This document shows positions 11,941 through 25,400 of a stretch of DNA of 64,000 bases, in pieces. Position 1 is the stretch's first letter. Every line of letters begins with the position of its first letter. The notes beneath the pieces were generated by a model. The model had not been told where the DNA came from, did not search any database, and saw only the letters and a program-made list of their open reading frames with translations. The DNA lies in contig OX597814.1 in NCBI GenBank assembly GCA_951406725.2, positions 204,042,001-204,106,000 of the forward strand, read 5' to 3'. Position numbers and translations under genes: made by a program. The stretch comes from Octopus vulgaris (Eukaryota).

Positions 11941-13399
11941 ATCGTATATACATGCATACATACATACACAACTATATATACACACAAGTACAATGAGAGA
12001 TGTCTGCCATGGTGTGGGTCCCACCACTTTTACAAAAAAAAATAAGTACGGAAAACAAACTCTGTATTATATGTGGTAAATATAATTGTGTATAACAATG
12101 AGATGCCTAATACATATATCAATGAAGCCAACTTTCTATGTTCAGTAAATTTTGTGGTGCTTGAAGATATTGTAATATTTATAAGGATTACTAAGAGGTC
12201 CCCAACTTGGCTGTCCACAGCAAAATGAGTTACAGCAGGAGTGTTTGTGTGTGTGTGTGCATTTTAAGTTGGTTTTTCTATGCTAACATGGATTAAACAG
12301 ATTATTGAAGCATTGTTTCCCTTCTCTCTCGTCAGTTAGCCTTTACCAGTTTTTCAAGTCAGAGATATCCTCAGATACCAAAGCAAGCAGATGACTCATT
12401 TGCAAGGGAAATGACAACAATGTCATAGCCTGTAGTTGAGCGATTTGGGGAGAAGAGCAGATGTACACCATACAAAGAAGAGACATACACATGCATGCAG
12501 CAATGGTTATCTTGCAGTTTCTATCAACCAAGTCCATTTTGGCTTGAGGCTATAGAAAAAGACACCTGAGGTGTCACACAGTGAGACTGAACCTGGAACC
12601 AAGTTGGAGAGAAGAATACATCTTAACCACACAGCTACTGAATTGCAGTTGGTTGTGAGAAAATAGGAATTTGTGACAGATTTTCAAAAAGCTATAAAGG
12701 AATGGTTAACTGGATCCAAGTTCCAATAATTAGGTAGATTACTTCTTATCATGAAAGAAAGACTTCCTTTACACAGAGTTGAAAGATGGACATGTTAGTG
12801 CTCTAACAGCATTTTTTCGTTATGTTATTGCATTTAACAGCAATTCACCAAAGTGAAAAATGACCTTTCAGTGTTTGTAGAAAAAATCAATGTACAAAAC
12901 TGTTCAGAATAGCAAATCTTAACTTGCCTATCACACAATGAACTGTATGTTTATAATGAAACATTGTCAGGGTGTCAGAATATATCAAAAGTGAAGCAGT
13001 CTTGAAATATAAAGAAATCACTAAAACCAATAAAAAAAAAAAAAAGCAATGAATGAGATCATAGTTTTTGTTTGTTTATTTTATGATGATGATGATTTTG
13101 TTTCCTAGGAAGTAATCCAAATGGTACTTTTTATAGCGATATATCAATCTAGATTGATGTCTGATATTTACTAATGGCCTTCGACAAGGCCATTTAATTT
13201 ATTCTTAGTTCAATTGTGTAATTCTAAAATAGAATTTTGAACTTTTCTTCAATAGTTACAATTCAATGTAATTTATATATTTTAAGCACAAATACATGAC
13301 TAGATTAAGTGAGGAATCAAACTCAGTCACTTGTACTCTATCCAAATTTTTTTGTTTCATAAAAACCTTTTTCTAGTTTCAACCAAATCATCTTCACAC

Positions 13400-13630
13400 C
13401 AAGTACAGGGTCTCTTCTGAGAAGCATATGCAGGACTATATCCAAAATGTGATGAATCTGAAGAGGGAGTGTTATGAAGGATGTAACTGCACAGATTCTG
13501 AAGGGCCAGACATGTTGCAAGGCCCACAGACAACAAGTGGACCCATGCAAGTGTCAAGCAATGTACAAGAGATCAAAAGTGACCACTCAGAAGACTGCCA
13601 AGATGATAGGAGGAAGACAATCAAGCAATT
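13400..13630 (+). mobile_element. RTE-clade LINE C-terminal fragment, decayed
   Basis: The third + frame reads 'RARHVARPTDNKWTHASVKQCTRDQK*PLRRLPR**EED', resembling the RTE consensus WAGHVAR..DNRWT....W.PR..KRP.GRP..RW.D. Confidence 0.6.
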
Positions 13631-13843
13631 CAAGTCCAAACACAAGAGTTTTCAAATCTGATCTTGAATCTGTATAAAAGCAATAAACTAGAACATGAAA
13701 TAAACAGACGAAATTCCCAATTAGATTTCACATGCTTTTAATTGTTGTGGGACATAATGCAAATTATAAAATATATGCAAAGGTTGAGATCCTTAACTGA
13801 GAATTTGAAAGTTGAAAAAAGAAGAAAAAAAGTGCTAGTGTTG

Positions 13844-13883
<40 letters not shown>

Positions 13884-14109
13884 ACTAAATATCTCCTCAT
13901 CAACATCAGTTTTGAATGTCCACTTTTCCATGCTTGCTTAGGTCAGATGAGATTCATTGAGGCAAAATTTCTGTGGCTAGATGCTCTTCTACTTGCCAAA
14001 GATATTGCAAACAAATTTCACTGCTTTTACAACAGTGAAATTTATTTACAGTTAGTGTGCAGCACTAAAACAAGAGGGAGACACACACAATGATAAGCTT
14101 TCCAGTTTC

Positions 14110-14737
14110 CATTTGGAAGGAACCTGCGGCAGATGTAGACCCAGGAAGACATGGGATGAGGCGGTGAAGAATGACCTTCAAACATTTGGCCTCACAGAGG
14201 CAATGACAAGAGACTGGGACCTTTAAAGATATGCTGTGTTTGATAAGACCTGGCAAATAAAGTGAGATCACAGACATGGCCGATGCCAGTGTTGCATAAC
14301 TGGCCTATTTAAAAGTACCCTTGAAGCGTCAGGCAATATGATGTGCATTGAGAAGACTTGTTGAGTCAAGTGAAATCAAAATCGCAGTTGTGACCAGTGT
14401 TGCCTGACTAGTACCTGTGCTGGTGGCACATAATGAGCACCAGTCAAGTGTGGATCGATGCCAGTGCCCCCTGACTAGCTCCCATGCTGGGAGCACATAA
14501 GCAGCACCATCCAAGTGTGGTTGATGCCAGTGCCTCCTGACTGGCTCCCATGCTGGTGCCACATAAAAAACACCACTACACTCTCACAGTGGTTGGTATC
14601 AGGAAGATCATCTAGCTGTAGAAACATTGCTAGATCAGATTGGAGCCTGGTGCAGCCTACTGGCTTGCCAGTCTTCAGTCAAACCATCCAACCTATGCTA
14701 GCATGGAAAGCAGACATTAAATGAAGATGATGATGAT
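14110..14737 (+). mobile_element. RTE-clade LINE 3' end
   Basis: 'RCRPRKTWDEAVKNDLQTFGLTEAMTRDWDL*RYAVFDKTWQIK*', then a 3' UTR with ~67-bp tandem units and a (GAT)n tail; homologous to 41390-41908. Confidence 0.8.
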
Positions 14738-15619
14738 TTACAAAGATCACTCACAAGGCTTTGGCTGGCTTACCACTATAACAGAATACATTTACCCAAA
14801 GTACCACACAATGGGACTGAATCTGAACCCATGTGACTGCAAAGTGAACTTCATAACCACATGGCCAAGTTTAATTACTACTTTTGAAGAGACTTGGCTC
14901 ATAAATAAGATGAGACTAAAAATGTTGGTGATATAGAGGAAGCAATAAAAACAGTGTCAAGAGCACCATCATCAATTACAATGATAGTGACAACATAATA
15001 AATAATTCAGTCAAAACACCTCCCAAACCACCATACCTGTCCACCATTAATAAAACTTGCAAAGAAACAAGATGAGATTTATCAAATTTGTCAATCTTTA
15101 ATATATTCAAATTTTATTCTGCCGTTGCTGAACTGGCTGGAATCTCTTCTGTAATCCATTTTGCATTGATTTTAAAGATCTTTTAATCATTTGAATTATA
15201 TTTATCATGCCACCACAAAATACAGATTTTACTGTTTTTAAAAATGGTAATTTGGCTTGGTGGAATCTTGTCAGTGATCAGATCATAGACTATCATTTGT
15301 TTTCATGCTGGAATGGGTTGGACAGTTCAATAGTAGCAAGTGAACCAGAGAACTATCCCAAGCTCCAATGTCTGCTTTGGCATGGTTTCTACAGCTGAAT
15401 ACCTTTCCTAATGCCCAACTTTATAAAATGTCTATAGCACTGGCACCAGTGAGGTTACTATATACTACCAAGATTAGACCCCCCTCAACTGAGAGGGGAG
15501 GGGGTAATAGTGAGGTAGGTTACTTTATGTCAGGTAATGAAAGGTTAAAGTATGATGGGATGGGAACAGGTGTCAGGTGGAAAAGAGACAGGAGAGAAGA
15601 TGCTTCCGGGGATACCCTC

Positions 15620-16110
15620 ATGTACAACAAAATTTAACAGTACAGTATACAACAATGTTCCTCCAAGGAGATTCCATAAAAACACTGATGTTCCACAAGG
15701 AGTGCCTTCAATGTAGAAGGCACCACCTTTCACTCACCTCAACCTTCTGCACCCAGGTGTCATCCACACTCAAAATACAAATATCTTTCAGTAGTCATGC
15801 CTCATTATGAATGAGCAATGGACTTCAGGACATTCTTCAATGGGCTAACATGATAACAGTGTGAAAACACAATCACCAGACCTAAAAAGCAAAACAACCC
15901 TTGTACCCCACTCTCTAATCATAACATCAAAAACCCTTAAAATTACTACTAATATTAGGGGTTACAATTTCTGATAACCTCTCGCAGTAACTCCATGATT
16001 AAACTGAAACACAAAAGACTAGGATCCCTCTATAGGGTAAGAAAATTCTTCAGTCCCCAGTTGCTGATCCACATGAGAGTATTGCACACATATGTAAGAG
16101 AGCTCATTAC
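15620..16110 (+). mobile_element. CR1/L2-like LINE reverse transcriptase relic
   Basis: Decayed motifs DVPQG (~15687), LQDILQWA (~15823), ILGVTISDNL (~15953) and RLGSLYRVRKFFSP (~16016). A matching C-terminal piece lies at ~16790-16935. Confidence 0.6.
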
Positions 16111-17104
16111 TGCTACTACATACGAATATTAATAACTACACTATACGCAAGTATATATGTGAGCATTTACATATGTAAGTGTGTAGACATGTCTGCGTAT
16201 GTGTATGCATATGTAAACGTATGTTTATGTACTAATATGTGTGTCTGTTCATGTTGTATATATGACTGTTACTCTGTTGAAGGTTGTATGTATATATATT
16301 TACTATAAAATTGTACTTTTTTGTTGTCAAATCAGTCTAATCGAAAGATTAGAGTTTCTTCCCTTTCAGGATGAAGTTAAATTCAGAACATTTTCACATT
16401 ATGCAGCATTTTGGGTATTTATACCCCAAACCCCAAATATCCCAATAACTAATGCTCCAATTTATGTGAAACTCGTTTCATTCTGTTCCTGTTAACATTT
16501 TAGGGTAAACTTAATTCATAGCATTTTCCCAGTTTGCCTGGGTAACATTGCAAGCAAGCAAGCAAGATTCAAACTGACTTTTAATGTATTATAGATAGAG
16601 CAGCTCTAGGCAGCCCTTTGGCTTGTTGGATCCTGTTGAACAGTGTCACCATCATCATCATTTAATGTCCATCGTCTATGTTGGCATGAGTTACAATGAC
16701 AAAGATGACAAAAATGATGATGAGGACGACAACAAAAATGATTTGCTAATCAGTACACTCCAGCACTCACAGTCAAGTTACTATTTCCCTTCATTTCTGC
16801 AACAACAACCTCTTCTCCTCTGATCCAGCCATCCGCAACCAGAATCCCACAACTCCCTTCCCACTCATCCTACTTACCATGTCTCACATTTCAGAGCCTA
16901 CACAAAACATTTCACCCCTACTCCTTCAAGATCTGGCTTGTTTGAAAACATGGGTAAGTACAATCACTTCAAATCTTGAATCAATATAGTGACTGCCTAA
17001 TTACAGCTTGTCAATGACCTCATACATCACTTAATATCTTTTATACTTCTATTAAAACTTTATACAATTTGTGTTAATATGTTGTGTAAGATATCCGCCT
17101 TTAC

Positions 17105-17181
17105 CTGCATTTTTCTTGCAGACATTGACCGAAAGATATTCTCTTTAGTAAGTTGTAAACAAACATATAATGGCTGCAAGT
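17105..17181 (-). other. Candidate exon of the minus-strand host transcript (77 nt; alternative acceptor gives 69 nt)
   Basis: Minus strand ctaat...ttctcattattctacatttgctgcttctAG|ACTTGCAG...AAATGCAG|GTAAAG. Two frames are open (LQPLYVCLQLTKENIFRSMSARKMQ / TCSHYMFVYNLLKRISFGQCLQEKC). Confidence 0.45.
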
Positions 17182-18339
17182 CTAGAAGCAGCAAATGTAG
17201 AATAATGAGAAATAGATTAGGGAACAAACACATGAGCCAACAGTTATCTCAAGGTTTGTTATTGTAGCTAATACGAAAATATATTTGGAAAGAACAACCA
17301 AGATTATAATTACTAAATTAATTGGTGTACAGAAATCAAAAGCCTTTCAGCAAAATTGTTTTAAAAAATATAAGCAGAGTAACAGTATTTAACAATCTGT
17401 AATTTAAATCTAATTCAGATTCCAGCCAATATCAAACAAAATTCTTCATCTATCTTTTATTTATTCATCTATCAAATATGTCTTTTAATGATTTTTTTAA
17501 CTAAAAAATAAAAAAGTCACACCACAATCAAAATTATCAATTGGAATATAATGGAATACTATTTCAAAGGCATAAAACCATCTAATTTAATGAAGAAAAG
17601 AAAGCAAAAGACAAAAATTAAATTAAGAAGAGTTATCACTATAATCATTTTATATCCACTTTTCCATGCTTGCATGGGTCAGACAGAAATTGTTGAGGGA
17701 GATTTTCTATGATCGGAGACCTTGTCTGTAGCCAACCCTATCCTGTTTCCAAGCCAGGTAATATTTTCCAATGGAGAACTGGAAACAAACAACATAGCCT
17801 TATGATGATCATCATCATCATCATTTACAAGCATTACATGATATCAAGACAAGGGTACAAAGACACACGCGTAAATGCGTGACAAGCTTCTTTTGGTCTT
17901 CATCCACAACATCCACTCAAAAAGCTTTGGTCAGCTCAGGAATGTAGTAGAAGACACTCGCTCAAGGTACCACACAGTGGTACTGAACCAGAACCATGTG
18001 GTTGAAATGCTAACTTCTTACTACACAAACATGCCTGTGATGGATTTCTCTTAGTTTCTCGCTATCAAATCTACTCCCAAGGATTTGGTCAGCCCAAGAC
18101 TGTAGTAGAAAAGATTTGCCCATGGTGCCATGCACTGGGATTGGACCTAAGACCATGTGGTTGAGTCGCACATGTATAGACTTCATTTCGACATATATTC
18201 TAAAATGGAAATTTTACAGCTTTCAAAAAAGACTACCTTTACAAATAAAACTTTCTGATCAATAATCTTAATTACATTAGAATTCTCATCATTATTGCTT
18301 CCATTTTTCCACGCTTGCTCTGGTCCTTTCCAACATATA

Positions 18340-18710
18340 AGTGCAGGCATGGCTGTGTGACTCAAAAGCTTGCTACCTAACCATGCAGTCTCAAGTTCAG
18401 TCCCCACTGCTTGGCACCTTGGGTAAGTGTCTCACCACAACCTCGAGTCGACCAAATCCCTGTAAGTGGATTTGGAAGACAGAAGCTGAAGGAAGACTGA
18501 ATGTGTATGTGTACTCTTGTTTTGACATCACAATGTAACTGTAAATGAGTATCACCACCATAAAGGAGATGTTTCTTTCTAGTCTTCAATGGAAAACATG
18601 CCTGGCCATGGGGTAATATTGCCTTGCTTGGAAAGAAGATTTGGTGAAAACCTGTTTCAACAAACTCTGTCTGATCCATGCAAGAATGGAAAGGCAAACA
18701 TTAAACATTG
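18340..18710 (+). mobile_element. tRNA-derived SINE (family A head, RTE-like tail)
   Basis: Head 'ggcatggctgtgtg...agttcagtcccc...ggcaccttgggtaagtgtct', then body and tail 'ccatgcaagaatggaaaggcaaacattaaac'. Similar copies at about 3660-4010, 17650-18040, 42355-42730, 53465-54260, 60325-60790 and 63210-63705. Confidence 0.7.
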
Positions 18711-19679
18711 GTATCAGAGCCAGGGGCAGTCTCAGGTGGGTCAATATCAAAAGGATTAATTCTATACTTGGCCAGTTAAAGGCCAGAGAGGGAAAAGACT
18801 GGCAAAAACAAATTCAGATACAACAGAAATGCAATGAGAAAAAGGAACCAGTATTTTTGACCTTCCTTAGTTTCAGCCTGTTTCTAAGTAGCAACATTAA
18901 GATTTGTCTTTTATAACTATCGCTCACTTTATATTCCAATTCCAACAATATTAGTTCTAGTGGTAAATAACAAAGCAATTATCAGTACCCACTCTCCTAT
19001 TTAAAACTGGTAACCTGGCTGCTATCAATACTCTAGTCATCAGAACCATTTAATGTAAATCACACAAAATATCAATAACAGATCAATCAAGTTCACTATC
19101 AACATGTTCAACAGCATTTTAACCTGTCTGTAACCAGTTGATGTAGTTGTTGCAATAACTGTGCTACTGAGCAGATATTGACATTGGCATTTCTTTAATT
19201 TATCTAACTCCTCAGCGCACCATTTAACACAAGTGGTGTCTGTGTGCATGTGTGTGTAATGAGCAACACATGTCTATATATTAGTAAAAAAAGCAACAGA
19301 GGTTGCATGTGTGTGTGTGTATTAACAGTTAGCAGTAGAGGTATGTATACATATATGTATCATTATCATCATGTAACATCTGTTGTCCATGCTGGCATGG
19401 GTTGGACAGTTTGACCAGAGCTAGCAAGCCAGAAAGCTGCTCCAGTCTGATTTGGCATGACTGCTATGGCTGGATGCCCTTCCTAATGCCAACCACTTTA
19501 CAGAGTGCGCTGGGTGGTTTTATGTGACACCAGTAGGTCAATCCTCTCCTTTAGGGGTATCAGGCATCTTGGTCCTTTATTAGTAGTTTTAGTTTGAGAA
19601 ATGCTGATTTGATATGTCCCCTGTCGCCCTCCCCCCCTTTGGCGGGTTTTTTCTTACGGATGTAACAACCACATGAATG

Positions 19680-19965
19680 CTTCCTCATTGGCTCACAATC
19701 AGAAGAGTTTTTGCATATGATAAGGTGACTGTGGCAGGGAGGCTAGCAATATGAAGACATATTGAAGAACCTTCTTGGGGAATGGTAAAGTGGGCCGCAA
19801 ATGTGGAAACTTGAGGAGGAGTACTGCTGACAGAATTGTGTTGGTTGAGAAGTGATGGGTATAAGGATTCTAAAAAGTTGGTTGAGGACCTCCTAGCCAG
19901 AGAACAGAAGGCTCTACTGTAATTTGAGAGGCTGGAAAAACAAACAACTTTCAGGCTGTGCAATG
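19680..19965 (-). mobile_element. Decayed LINE (CR1-like) internal fragment
   Basis: Purine-rich + strand; the minus translation 'FAAHFTIP' resembles the linker of CR1/Jockey-like ORF2. Weak. Confidence 0.35.
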
Positions 19966-20419
19966 CACAAAGATATTTGATTTTTTATTGTAGACTTCTA
20001 TAAATTATAATGGTAGGGAGATTTAGTAGGTATATTATAGTCCCTTCCTTAGGAGCTTTGCTTTCTTGAGGAAAGTGAATGAACATACTTAGAAGGGGGA
20101 TTTTGGTCACCTGCTCAGTGATCTGAGATAAGTCAGCAGTGACTCATGTTTGCTGCCAGACAGTTGTCATAGAAATGACAGAACTCCAACTCTCTCCCCC
20201 TCTCTCTCTCTCATATTGATTTGATCTGAAGGAATGGTCTGTGTCTGAGACTGGCGACATAAACATGGTTGACAGTAGCAAATCAACAGCTGAAGGAAAA
20301 ACATGGCCACATAATGAGGAAGCCTTTTCCATTATCATTAATATACTCCAGAGCTAGCTCCCTATTCTTATTGTACACTTAAATTTCTCTTCTATTTATG
20401 GGGATAAATTTACTACAGA

Positions 20420-21060
20420 GTGTCCCATTTTCAACAGCAGTAACTCTCCTGACCCTGCCAACTATTGTTCTTTCACACTTACCTCCATGTCAAAACTGAT
20501 AGAGAGGGTCATTAACTACAACCATCTTCAACACCTCAATCTATCTCCCACCTTAACCCTTTCGTTACTGTATTTATTTTGAGATGCTCTGTGTTTCTTT
20601 CAATTACTTTAAATATAACAAAGAATTTAGTAAAATAACTTCGTTATCATTAAGCTGGTGTTAGGAACATAAATTGTGACTAAGGTTTGGTGGAAGATTT
20701 GAATTCAAAACTTATGAAAACAAGACATTTGTACTACTGAACCAGAGCCGATTTTGGCCGGGTTAGTAACAAAAGGGTTAATGACCACCAATATGGTTTT
20801 CATAAACCCAAATCAAATGAAAATCTATCACCTCATAAACCCATAGCTTCTTTACCTTTCACACTGTTAACATAAGTGTTGATGGAGCTATTTCTACCCT
20901 ATATTCTATCAACTCTTGTACACTCAGACTGCTTGGTTTTATCTTCACAACAGTTAGCTCATTATCAACTTCAACAATGCCCACTTTTGTGCAGAAGATC
21001 CAACTCTTCATTCCTCCTTAACTTTCCATCTCCAAGGATCATCCACATGCAAAACCTGCC
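20420..21060 (+). mobile_element. CR1-like LINE RT N-terminal relic interrupted by a MITE
   Basis: 'PIFNSSNSPDPANYCSFTLTSMSKLIERVI' and, after the MITE, 'DHQYGFHK' match the RT motifs PIxKxG...P.NYRPISLT...K..E and Q(Y/H)GF. Confidence 0.7.
20557..20777. mobile_element. piggyBac-type MITE, intact, with TTAA target-site duplication
   Basis: TTAA at 20553-20556 and 20778-20781; TIRs CCCTTTCGTTACT / AGTAACAAAAGGG (12/13 match). A near-identical right part is at ~31490-31676. Confidence 0.9.
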
Positions 21061-21170
21061 TTGACTCAATAAACAGATCTCAAGAACATTCACCGTGGGA
21101 AGTCCTGCCAACAGTGGACTACTAAATGAGCTTAGTAGAGTGGAAGGAGATAGAGTTCACTGATGGGTGT

Positions 21171-21726
21171 CATCATCATCACTGTTCGACCATGGTCGAG
21201 ACAATGGAATTTACTTTCACGGTCCATCATAGCATTAGGGTAGAAAGGGCTCCTTAGCCGTAGTGAATGCAATCTGTCTAGGGAGATAATAATAATAAAC
21301 CTTACAATAAATCACTCAGTCCGTAGCTTAGAAATACTGGGTTGACATCCATCAGGAACAGCTTTGTTTCATGGAGGAGGAAAGGTCTTCTTTAGTGCTT
21401 GGTTGTACAATGCTTTCCAAATGTGTGTAGTAGTGGCGCGCACACACATTATTAGCCATTTGAAAAGACTATGGAATTTACAATTAACTGCACCAGGGTT
21501 CCTCTTCCCCAGGGAACCAGACTTAATGGTATACCTGTGGATGTAGGTCCAGCCCCTGCTTTGCCGGTCCTGTCTCTGATCACATTGCACCTCCAAGGGC
21601 ATCCAATGACGGTGATGCCCTCAATCTTAACAGACGGGTATCACCTGATGGAGAAGAGTCAGCTCCCAACCAAACAACACCAGACAAACATCTCATCAGC
21701 TGTAAAAATCATACGATACTCAGCAC
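21171..21726 (-). mobile_element. Internally deleted RTE-derived element with 11-bp TSD, inserted in an older LINE
   Basis: TSD CTGATGGGTGT at 21160-21170 and 21727-21737. The minus-strand 3' end encodes 'NAMMDRE..NSIVSTMVEQ*' followed by (GAT)n. Confidence 0.75.
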
Positions 21727-21737
21727 CTGATGGGTGT

Positions 21738-22200
21738 AGTGTATGGGAGGAGTAAAGAAGGTGTGTTGCTTTGACGAGGTGCAGATGTACTGATGGTTGA
21801 GTAAAAACAGATCCAAGGTATCTGTTGTGTCTGAAGGATACAAATGGCGGGGATGCAATCTGGTGCACAACACTTCAGGAATGACTGACAATTCAGTCTC
21901 TCCATCAGCAGAGTCAGTGTGAGACAAGTTTGAGAGGTAGGAGGAATTGTATGCATTGAAGTCAGCAAGTAAAGACGATCTCAGAGACGAGCTGAGACAG
22001 AGTCTACAATGGTAGATGTAAAGAGTCAAATAGCTGACAGCAATTGAAGGAGTTTGGTTGTCATACAGAAAGCAGATAAACTTAGAGGAATAGAAAAACT
22101 TTGAACCAAAATAACTGCGAGTGATTTGAGAGAAAATCCAAGTGACAAGTGAATGGCGAGGAGAGTGGAATCTACATATGGACAGAACCAAGAGAGAAAA
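21738..22200 (-). mobile_element. LINE apurinic-endonuclease domain relic (CR1/Jockey-like)
   Basis: ORF 21709-22191 contains 'LLADFNAYNSSYL..SHTDSA' and 'TLDLFL', matching the APE motifs GDFNAH and LDL. It continues at ~21060-21160 beyond the RTE insertion. Confidence 0.75.
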
Positions 22201-22449
22201 TAGAGTGTAATCTAGATAGGAAGGATGAATTACATACTGGAAAATAACTGAGAGCTGTGTGACTTATCAATAAAAAGAAAGCACTTAAAGAATCAAGAAG
22301 AAATTCTGAAAAGTTAAATATTCTGAAGAGCTTTAGTTGACAGCAAAAAGAGAGAAATTCTATTCATGTACATATCTACATATATACACACACACATCAT
22401 ATATATATATATATATAATATATATACATATACCTCTCTCTTTCTCTCC

Positions 22450-22482
<33 letters not shown>

Positions 22483-23539
22483 TACATACATACAGCAATA
22501 CTCAAACATTTATATACACATTTAAATACATTAAATATCTCTAAATAGACACATTCAATTCATACAATCATGTATATGTAGAGATACACACGATCATATG
22601 AATGCAATAAATTCTGTAAAAAAAAAAAAAAAACTAGTACTTTTAAAAATATAAAAGGTTTTAAAATCTATTACATTAATTTGAACAGATCTCCTTTAGA
22701 CAATCTTGTAAATATTTATCAATATCTCCAAACATTTTAACAGAAACTTTCTTTTTTTTTATGAGACATGAAGGGATGTTCTAGCTATCCAGCTTAAAAC
22801 GATTACTTTGATTACTTATAATTCTGAAGTCATGAGACAATACCCACCACCACCACCATTCTATAAGAACTATTGAAAAAATTATGTAATGAGTTTGAAA
22901 ACTTCCAGTACATGAATAGTATCTTAACGAGAACTGATGCTTCATGAAATAAAATTGAATTCTTTCTCTGGTTATTCTCAAGATACCAATGTAGATTAAA
23001 ATAATAATAATAATAATAATACTAATTGTGTACAATGCTCAGGTGCACTACAACTCATCTAAAGTGTATATATAATCAGGTGTAGATTAACCAATGATAT
23101 TATTTTTTAATTACAAGACAATGATAAATTGGTACAACTTGTATTGGAGGAGACAAAGAAAGAGCTAGTATGGATTTTGAAGAAATTTCACATTACTACT
23201 ACTACATATATGCAAACACTCACCACCACCCACCTACACTGGCTACACACCCAGCACTACACTGTACTACCAACACACACATACATCAAAGCACCACCAC
23301 ACTTATGCACATGCATACATACACCAACCAGCAACAACCATCATACAATCATACAAATCTACACAAGAAACCTCTACATGGTTGTTAAAAATTCTAGTCA
23401 AATCTTTAACTAGCTTCAAAAATGGTTGAATCTTAATAAATGTAAAAAAAAAATTTTTTAAACTTGCAGTTAATATAAAGAATCAGGAAGTTGAGCAAAA
23501 TTTTAACAAGTTTAAAGCCCATCAAAAACCTAAATGAAC

Positions 23540-25400
23540 CTCAAAATTTCCAGATTGGTGAATCCTTGACATCAATAACCCTAGCATCCTCTTTGCCATA
23601 CCACTTCACTCATCTACTATACTGCTCACAAACCTAGCACAGAAAAGACAGGAGGGCTTCAACAATAAAACCTTCCTACACAAATCATTCTATCACTGAC
23701 ATTAGGAGAGCTTTTAACTTCATTCCCTGTTACATACTCATTTAAAAGATACTCATTACCATCTTCAGAAACAGCCCAAAATGTCAGATAGAGGCCTATT
23801 TTTCAAGAGGCCATGTATACATTGAGTCCAAAACTTTCAATTTCTCAAATTACCTAACCACAAAGATCCATTATCATCACCCACTTTTCAACATGCACAC
23901 AGCCTTATGATACATTCACAAAACATACACACAACCTCATACGCAATTCAGTAATATATACCAGAAATAATTATTTCACTTGTAAATGACATTATTCCCA
24001 TCATCATTTAATGTCCATGTTGGCATGGGTTGGACACTTTCCCAGGATCTGATGTGACCAAGGGCTACATCATACTCCATTGTCTATTTTAGTATGATTT
24101 CTATGACTGAATACCCTTCTTAATACCAACCATTTTATAGCATGTGCTGGGTACCTTTTTATGCCACCAACATTAGCAAGGTTGCCATGCAACTTGCAAG
24201 ATTGCAAACCCAAGGAGAAGCAACTTTATGTTGTCCACAATATATCAAAAATGTCCAGCCATTTAAATTCTAAATTTTTTTAATGATTTTTTTTCTATAA
24301 GAGCCTTTCCTAACGTATCACAAGATAATTGTGACGAGATGATAGAAAAAATTACAAGCTCAACACAAGATAGCTTAAATTCTGTAAAACACACACACAC
24401 AGAACCAAGAATGTATTTACAGCTGCTGCAAAAAATATAAAGATATTTTATGAAGCAACAAAAACAAAAAAAAAGTACAACCCTAATTACACAACAGAAA
24501 TAACCAAGTTGATGTAAATTAAGGAAACTTCAAACACAGCACACAAACAGAAAATTCAACATCAAACAACTAAATAAGGAAATAACAAAACAAACCGTAG
24601 AAGAAACATTTGTATCCAACATAAGCCACAAAACATAGAAGTAATTAGTGGCATCAACAAACAGCAGCAGCAGCAGCCACACCACACATTATGTCACAAT
24701 AACAATCTTAAATAATGCAACCACATTCCAATGGTAGGAAAACACTAAGAAACAGCCAATAGAAACCACACAGAGAAAACAGGAAAAATACAAGATATGC
24801 ACTTTCACTTCCATTGTGACTGACCTCCTTCCTTCCAAAAGATACCAGGAAAGCTTACAGCCTCACAAAATCACAAACATATAAACTGGAAATAATCGCT
24901 GCACACACTAATATCAGCAACTACTTGTACCACCATTACTACTAAGAAACTATTCTGGAACCAAATCAAGTTTCAATACATAGACCCATGATTCTCCATT
25001 GAAATCTCTTTAAAACTTTAGACCTGTCCTTAGTGGCACTAACCCACTCATCCCTTCCCATCCCCTTTCCAAATCAAAAAAGATTCAAACCACTACAAGA
25101 CACCCTATGAAGTTCACCCAGGTGATACATAAGGGTGCCAACAACAAAAACACCTTCATATACATCATCCTAACTACCACTGCTCTCAGGAAATCTGTCA
25201 ACTCCATCTCTTGCTATCCACTTATACACAAGATACTCAACACCTTAAGAAACAATACAAAAACATTGGCTTACAAATTACCTGTCAGGTTGCCAAACCT
25301 GTGCAGTGTAGGAAAACAACAGATTAAGAATTTGTAATTTGCCCACACAGATTATCAGCCACTCTTTAACATATGCCTGCATGACCTTCCCACACCTCTT
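23540..25400 (+). mobile_element. Possible highly decayed Penelope-like RT/GIY-YIG remnant (interrupted)
   Basis: C/A-rich strand with faint motifs 'FNNKTFL', 'NYLT' and 'QITCQV..'. Many frameshifts; assignment tentative. Confidence 0.25.

Noticed and set aside
13376-13704. Apparent + strand terminal exon (95 codons, then AATAAA twice) or minus-strand exon
   Set aside because: The third + frame carries RTE C-terminal motifs, so the coding look comes from a decayed LINE. The minus-strand exon has stops in all frames.
16370-16414. + strand acceptor followed by DEVKFRTFSHYAAFW
   Set aside because: Weak donor and no partner exons.
19040-19249. ORF with 'CVKWCAEELDKLKKC', superficially transferrin-like
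   Set aside because: Starts in a CA microsatellite, has no splice signals, and the similarity is limited to a few residues.
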